From NCBI RefSeq assembly GCF_000150275.1, contig NW_002060945.1, positions 445,872 to 509,871 of the forward strand: 64,000 bases of DNA. Direction: 5' to 3'. This document shows, in pieces, positions 51,358-64,000 of this stretch. How positions within the stretch are numbered: position 1 is the stretch's first letter; every line of letters begins with the position of its first letter. The stretch is from Trichoplax adhaerens. Taxonomy: Eukaryota; Animalia; Placozoa. Made by a program: the position numbers and the translations under genes. The notes below the pieces were generated by a model that saw only the letters and a program-made list of their open reading frames with translations, was not told the origin of the DNA and did no database searches.

Positions 51358-52017
51358 AGAGGTTATTTTTCTCTTCATTCAGCTTAATTCCCAATACAAA
51401 TTCAAATTACACTTATGATTAGTATTTGCCAATTTGACACTATTCTATGCATAGGCTTCACTAATGTAGAGATTATTTTCTCTTCATGCAGCTTAATTCC
51501 CAATACAAATTCAAATTACACTTACGATTAGTATTTGACACTATTCTATGCATAGGCTTCACTAATGTAGAGATTATTTTCTCTTCATTCAGATTAATCC
51601 CCAATATAAATTCCAATCACATTCTGACGATTAGTATTTGACACTATTCTATGCATAGGCTTCACTAATGTAGAGATTATTTTCTCTTCATTCAGATTAA
51701 TCCCCAATATAAATTCCAATCACATTCTGACGATTAGTATTTGACACTATTCTATGCATAGGCTTCACTAATGTAGAGATTATTTTCTCTTCATTCAGAT
51801 TAATCCCCAATATAAATTCCAATCACATTCTGACGATTAGTATTTACCAATTTTACACTGTAGAGATTATTTTTCTCTTCATTCAACTTAATACCCATTA
51901 CAAATTCAAATTACACTTACGATTAGTATTTACCAATTTGACACTATTCAATGCATAGGCTCAACTAATGTAGAGATTATTTTCTCTACATTTAATCCCT
52001 AATATAAATTCCAATTA
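51358..52017. repeat. Tandem array of a ~101-110 bp AT-rich unit (~7 copies)
   Basis: AGAGATTATTTTCTCTTCATTCAG...GATTAGTATTTGACACTATTCTATGCATAGGCTTCACTAATGT occurs at 51358, 51468, 51569, 51672, 51775, ~51862 and ~51972. Confidence 0.95.
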
Positions 52018-53267
52018 TTGGAACAGCGTAGGCCAACAAGGAGTAAAAAGAAGATCAATTTATGAGAGAGTAAGACATTAGAAAAGACAGGCAACATTGA
52101 AAAATAGCTAATGTAAAAATGAATACACTCGTATAGTAAAATGGGATGAGACTTTATCATCAACATAGATCTCATCGATGATTATACGATACAGTAATGA
52201 TAGAATGGGCTATCTTATCCACTCTTGTACACTTAATGTACAGCACTGCTATCAAGTAGAGTAGTATCTAGTAGTTCATAGTTGTACAATCCAAGTATAG
52301 TAGTAGTCTAGCACTGCATCTTGGTAACTAGCTTGACTGTATTGACAAGTGAAATTTTGAAAAGCCGATAAATTATTCTCCAATTTGAGCGTCTATCGAG
52401 TCTATTTCTTCAATTGCCGGCAAGGGTATTAATAATCCATTACTCAGTTAGGGACTACTCAAGAGAGAAAGCTCTCTGTCTCTTTAGTAGTCTATGACAG
52501 TACCGTACTCGTACATAACTTCTGCATGCAATATTCACTAGCACACACTTGTACAATGTACATGAAGATCTTCCAGTTTATTGAAACGGGCACCCGGGGG
52601 CAAAAATTGGGATGTTGCAATCCCTATTTACAATCAATCAATCATCGATTATTACATAGTACAAGATAGATGCTGTCCGTAGCTATACAATTACAATTCT
52701 ATACAATATAAACGAGTTGTAACAGGAGTATTATTAATTAATTCATTCTATTTGAATAAGAAAGAGATTTTTCTCTTCCCTCTTGTCTATTTTGGACTAT
52801 TTTTAACCGCCACAGTCGACTGTACCGTACTAGTACGACTGGACGTTAGTAATGGCCATGGATTGCAAGCGATTTGCCACTCCAAGTGGAGCAGATTTTT
52901 CCCAGTTACGTCATGGTTGGAACATTGGACTGTAAAATGAAGATCAACCCAAAGCCAAACCCTTTACTGTACTATCGGTCTTAACGTACTGTAGTCATCA
53001 GTAGTTACTCCACTAAAAGCAGAATCACTCTAGGATCTGCATCCCCAACTACAAATCGCATTGGTCTTCCTTGATCGGCAATATCCAAACCAATTGCTGC
53101 TATTACAACATTTATTCATACCATTCTAATGATTGGTATTGTCAACTTTCATCCTCTTGGCTAAAGTGATATGAACTGATATTAATTTTGACTCCCCTGT
53201 GTTGTAACTGATTCATCAACGGAAATACTGTCGACGATACTCGTAGGTAGTGAATTCCAAGCTTGCT

Positions 53268-56200
53268 ATGTTTTCTTCTCTGTTCGGATCATCTAATAGA
53301 AAAGATAATAAATCAGCAAATACTTCTGACGATCGTTGCGTAGCGCCAACGATCGTTAAAGATGAGTTTGTCGTTATTGACAAGACAGAGGTACCAGGAA
53401 TATCTCCAGCGCCACTTTTAACCGAAGTAAGTCAAAAAAAATCTATTCTATTAATCTATACAATTATTCGTCCAAAATGGCGAAATAACCTTATTATGAA
53501 TGACAAGTCTTGTTTATAAAAATCCTTTTGACTCAATGCTCAATTGGATGCTTATGGATCAGTTTTAGCTACTACTATACTATCTCTCCTTCGACAACTG
53601 CTATGAGTACAGTAGTGTACTTTCTTGCCAACTTTTCAAACACTCATCATTTGCTAGTCTATATTCCATCATCGTATTATATCAATACTCAACAACGTTC
53701 ATCGCTACCGTAGTACGCTTTCACAGAGGAGTAGGAATACAGGCCAAAATCCTTACTTGACTGTAGTATATGCTGAAATTGGTTTATCTCTTCTTCTTCT
53801 CAGGAGATATCAAGAAAGTCATTTTATTATTGACTTGACGTTGTCGTTCTAGAACGTCATACCTTGACTTGCAATCAGTACTTGATTCGAGAATTTTCCT
53901 CTGCACATTCACCAAAATGAAGATTTCACATAACGCTGTTCTACTACTCTATAACTTGAATTTTATTCTGAAAAATTGTTGAGATGGTAAAGATAATATT
54001 TTACGATCGTTGTACTTGCGCTTCTAGGGAAGTGCAAATAGTCGCCCCTTGATTAAGTTTATGATCGTGATGGATAGAACTGATAGCTAATGAAGTACTA
54101 TACCGCGTAAGACTTTATTTATGATCACATAATTACTCAACTCAAGTCATCATAGATCATATAAAGTACACTACCACACAGTACTAAATTGGAGCATAGT
54201 GACTTATGCCTACGTAAGAATTAAATACATTGATGATAGTTCATTAACCTTGTAAACATAATTGAACTAGTGATAATGTTATGGCTTACTGCAGCATAGT
54301 ACTGTACATCACAAATCTATCGACTGCATGGAATCACCTTAACTGTCCAACTAGAAATCACGATAGTGGTCAATTGCATGCACAGCTTTACAGAATTAGA
54401 TGCAAAGGCCTCAACAGTAAATCTTAATATCAAAAGTACAGTATATATTATACCGCACTGGATCATCGATCCAGTTACATAGTTAAACTATCTACAAAAT
54501 AATTTAATAAACATATAACCCAGTATTAATACTATGAGCAAAGGCAAAATACAGCATTTTATTTCGCATAAACTGATATTACAGGTACAACATGTACATA
54601 ATTTATCAGTAAATCGATCGTAATATATTGAATGTTAAACAACTTGATCCGATACTTACAGTTTATGAACATTATTGTCTATACAGGCCTTATTTATTAA
54701 ATTCAATAAATATTGTATGCTGGGCTAAAAGGACAAATAGTACGTGTAATAGAGCAGAAGGAAATACAGCCTGTTTGTTAATTATGATCTGAGTGGACTG
54801 TAATTGGCTGTTTCCGTTTTACAACGGGTATTGCGAAGCTAGTGGAATATAAAAATCCTCGATACAAGATTGATTGGATAGACTTATTCAACGCATATGA
54901 TATACAGTACGCTATATTTTGTAGTTTATACATGTATATTCGTATATTTGCGCTTTCCGTAGTCAAGTCTAAATATCAATGGCTTGCGGACGTTATCTTT
55001 AGTAAACACTGGTTGCTTGCCTAATAATGTTTACAATGAATCTGTAGTTACATATGTTTATATTTATTATAACCTCAGTATTAAACATATGTCGAAATGG
55101 AATAGAGTCTCCTAAAAAATGTCGGGGATCATCCATCCAATGCTTTAGACCCTCCTTAAAAATGCGCATTCACCGTTAGACTACGAATTAGTGGTTGTAC
55201 ACGAATCAGCAGCAATATGCAGTACGTACATGAATTACGCCTTATGTTGTAAAATAAATTTCAGTCACAAACTTATTTAGCATCCATTTCTAGCAGATTC
55301 AATGGTAGACTATCAGCGTATATTGGAGTGATCAGGAATATACGTTCTATATATATGCCAACTCTCAAAGAATGTTCATAAAAGTCATCAATTTAGGACA
55401 GTATCCATGAGAAATACAGTAGAAATAATAGCAATAGATACAGGTACGCTTGCTCGTCTACTAAGGATGGATCTAGTATTTATTTAGGCCTTAATACTGT
55501 ATATGGGCAGTGACTGCTTGTTGCCTCTGCTGTTTTGTGGTAAAAATTTTGCGACATGTATCGCAGACTACAATAAGACATTGGTAAAGTTGGAAAATTT
55601 CAGAGGAATCAATAGTCATGCTTCAATTTGAGACGCAATAAAGCTCACTAATACAGTAAATAGTTACGATTCTGATTCCTACTTTAAAATAGACTATTAA
55701 AATGCGATATCCAACGATACGATCGGCTCGCGATATAGTGTAATATCAAATTCCCAGCTTATTTAAGTATGCTCATATTTTAACGAACCCTTGCGTGCAT
55801 ACAATATATGCTAATATTTTAAATTGTCAATTCACAGTTTGTACGCAAGAAAAACTCTTTAAACAAGTAGTACTCATAGTATTGTATAAGCAACAATAAT
55901 TTTAATGTGTGTAAGTGTAGTCGTCCTGTTCCTCCGCTACATTGACAACTAGTTCGCTCTATACTAACCTTATGATTTACAGGATTCGGTCTATTAAATT
56001 CCTATTCTATCATTATAATCTGGCATTCTATTAATTGCGCATTTTAGACTGCATTTGATACTATTTGTTTAAGATTTATATTATTTTCGATTATCAACTA
56101 CTGTAAATGTTTATTATTCCTCCGTGATGATTTTCTCTAGTAAACTTCACACTCTAGCGCTTAACTAAATTTTTTACTATAACTATTTAATATAGCATTA

Positions 56201-56525
56201 TCAACGTCAAGCTAATGCTGCTGTGGATTTAAAACCTCGCTCTTCGTCATACCAAAACTTTAATGCTAACTTAGAAAATCGGGATCGTTGCGATACTTTC
56301 CCAGTAATATCCGAGGACAAAAATAGTAGCAAATTCGATTCGTTAGATGGCGAAACTGTCAGTAATCTGGATAGGATACCTTTCGTTTTATCTCCTCATG
56401 TACGTGCACTCTGCTCATCGATGTCCTATCAGGGATCAATCAGGTCGGTACAGTGGAAACAATTCGAACACGACTTTACAATCGAGCAAAATGTACTACA
56501 AAATGTCAATTTATGGTCCGAATAA
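53268..56525 (+). CDS. UMAD1: UMA-domain protein (UMAD1-like ESCRT-I accessory subunit), ~162 aa
   Basis: Exon 53268-53426 (MFSSLFGSS...DEFVVIDKTE) joins exon 56196-56525 in phase 0. The C-terminal LDRIPFVLSPHV...FEHDFTIEQNVL matches the UMA pattern (VPF...YDFxLExxVL). Small internal exons cannot be excluded. Confidence 0.82.
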
Positions 56526-58164
56526 AATATCATAATTTGAATATCGACTTTGGAATCGATTCTGTCTAAAAATTTTAATGATTGACTAGATAATAAATTA
56601 GATAAATTAACCTGCTATATGTACCTCTTTATAATTTAATGACTTAAATCTCTGCTTTCAATGTTTGTATTACTATACTCTTTAATGTGTATACAACATA
56701 ATCCAAATGTATCTGAATTACGCAGAATAAGAGCTTATCGCTTCTAGTGATAATAAATGTAACTATAGTATTCTAATAAAATCGAAATTTAAAATTATGT
56801 CTTCAACGATGTCTTAGACAAAGTAGATATTGATGATAGCGATCACAATAATGCCCTAGTAACTATGTCCTTCTTTAAATATTTTCGAGCTATTTACTGG
56901 TATAATGCGGCAATTGATATGCCTGCCGATTATTACATCACACTAAATATTATTAGCCCTGTACTTCAATATTAATTGCAGCTATTGTAAGACAGCTGAG
57001 ATCAAAATCACTATTTTATCGATTGCAGATAGTGGCATTTCAGGTACTAATCGGATCTTACCATTGCAGTGATAAGAACATGTGAAATCACTATCAAATT
57101 CACATTTATTAGTGTAATATATCAGTACTGTAGTACTTACTAGGATCTATCACGGTAATTCACTGAAAAGTGAACTATATTTTACATTTGTCTAGTAAAT
57201 AAATACAGTGTATGAAGCGTTAGCATACTCGACAACAATTATATTCGTGGAAAGATCAACCTTCGATTGTCAGTAGTAAAATTTTAAAACTCCTACGCTA
57301 ATGACTTCAAAATACAATCAATCGCTAGAAGCATTACCGCTGAACTGTTACCCTCAAAACTTAATACTTATACGTACGAAAATAAATTGGTAGTTACTGA
57401 ACTGAACTAACAAAAAAGCTGCCTAGATATAATCGACAACTATTAATCATAATTACGGTAATGGAAAAATTATTTATTCCCATGCAAGAAAGCGAACTAT
57501 AACACTGCTTTACCCACAACAATACACTGATGATCGTACACATAAACCGATTTGAATAAGCAGAACTTTTCGTTATTTTCGACGCCACCATATCATGAAA
57601 TGCGCACACACTTTATTCGAAGAATATCAATTTGCGCATTAAATTCTTCAACTAATACATTATAATAGTAATTAATAGTGTTTTAAAATCATTAATGTTA
57701 TTGAAAGACGAAATACAAGTTACGATGTCAGTTACGACTACAGTGTTAGCACTCCAATTGCTGTGTATAGTGGATATCATAAAATATTCCATGTACTCAA
57801 TCGTAGTCGCAATATCGGAGCAGATATAAAATGGCGGAGTACGTACAAAGTTAACATTTCATGTCCACCAGTGTGGTACTGACTACTAATCATTTAACTA
57901 TGTCTCTTTAATAGTTATCCAGGGTACGTAGATATCAATATAAGTAGCTCACAACAAACCTATAACAGCTACATAATGTCACCTCGAATTGCGACAAAGT
58001 AACGCATAATACAGTATTAGGTATATTACATAAGCACTACAGTAACTAAGTTGCTACCTTGAAATTAAATCACGCACTTAATGATAGACAACTAAAGATT
58101 GCCTTAACCTTTAATAGCATAAGATTATAATATCTATTCCGTTTTAATGTCACCGTTACTAGTG

Positions 58165-58359
58165 TAAATGGAAACGAGAAATTAGCCATTGCTCTCGATA
58201 CGCAGGAGACATACATTACTACCTATGTTAATGCGTTATACTAACTAGTAAATTGCTAGTACTACTATAAATGGAAATGAAAATTTCTTGCATTGCTCTC
58301 GATACGCAGAAGACATACATTACTACCTATAATAATGCATTATACTAACTAGTAAATTG
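58165..58359. repeat. Two-copy ~103 bp tandem duplication downstream of the ARF stop codon
   Basis: TAAATGGAAA...CATTGCTCTCGATACGCAG.AGACATACATTACTACCTAT...TTATACTAACTAGTAAATTG occurs twice. Confidence 0.9.
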
Positions 58360-58688
58360 ATATCATAACATCAGCCATCACAACCCGACCGAAAATTGAA
58401 TTATTTATCGATATTATTGCAGTAGGAGAATCTATAATACCGTAATAATCTTGCATTAAGCCTAAAGAGCTTCCTACTGTTAACAAAACGTTGACAACAA
58501 ACATAGGTAGTCATGTGAAAAGAATAAAAAGTTGTATTTATCAAAGGTTAATCACTGCGTTATCACAATTTTCAAGTACAAGTAAACTTTATTTAGATCA
58601 ACTCTTAAAATGTATTTTACGATCTATAGCCTATGCTTATTTGATAACTTTTTAATGATGGGAAAAAATAAGGTCTACTCTGACCATT

Positions 58689-63999
<5,311 letters not shown>

Positions 64000-64000
64000 T

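Noticed and set aside
48987-52017. CRISPR-like appearance of the tandem arrays
   Set aside because: Whole units repeat with no unique spacers, there are no cas genes and the context is eukaryotic.

Overview
AT-rich, intron-dense animal genomic DNA. The short GT-AG introns, compact gene spacing and vertebrate-like intron positions suggest a placozoan such as Trichoplax (inference). Eight spliced genes can be rebuilt by hand. They are an MRL-family RA-PH adaptor (RIAM/lamellipodin-like, -), kinesin-1 heavy chain (32 coding exons, -), MMTAG2/C1orf35 (+), MMADHC/cblD (+), a type II membrane prolyl-4-hydroxylase-like 2OG-Fe(II) oxygenase (+), FAM117/GLCCI1 (-), UMAD1 (+) and the 3' part of a class I ARF (-). 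There are four 100-240 bp-unit tandem arrays and a few weak pseudogene-like fragments. The most notable observations are: (1) GTAC(A/T)GTAC palindromic islands and a dispersed ~50 bp (CCGAA)n module at gene 5' ends; (2) several gene pairs that are also neighbours in the human genome; (3) an uncharacterised membrane P4H-like enzyme; (4) a ~220 aa extended kinesin-1 tail; (5) splicing oddities, namely a GC-AG intron, an intron-split ATG and two unresolved junctions. No rRNA, convincing tRNA, CRISPR array or intact transposon was seen. All comparisons to human genes are from memory and were not checked by a search.
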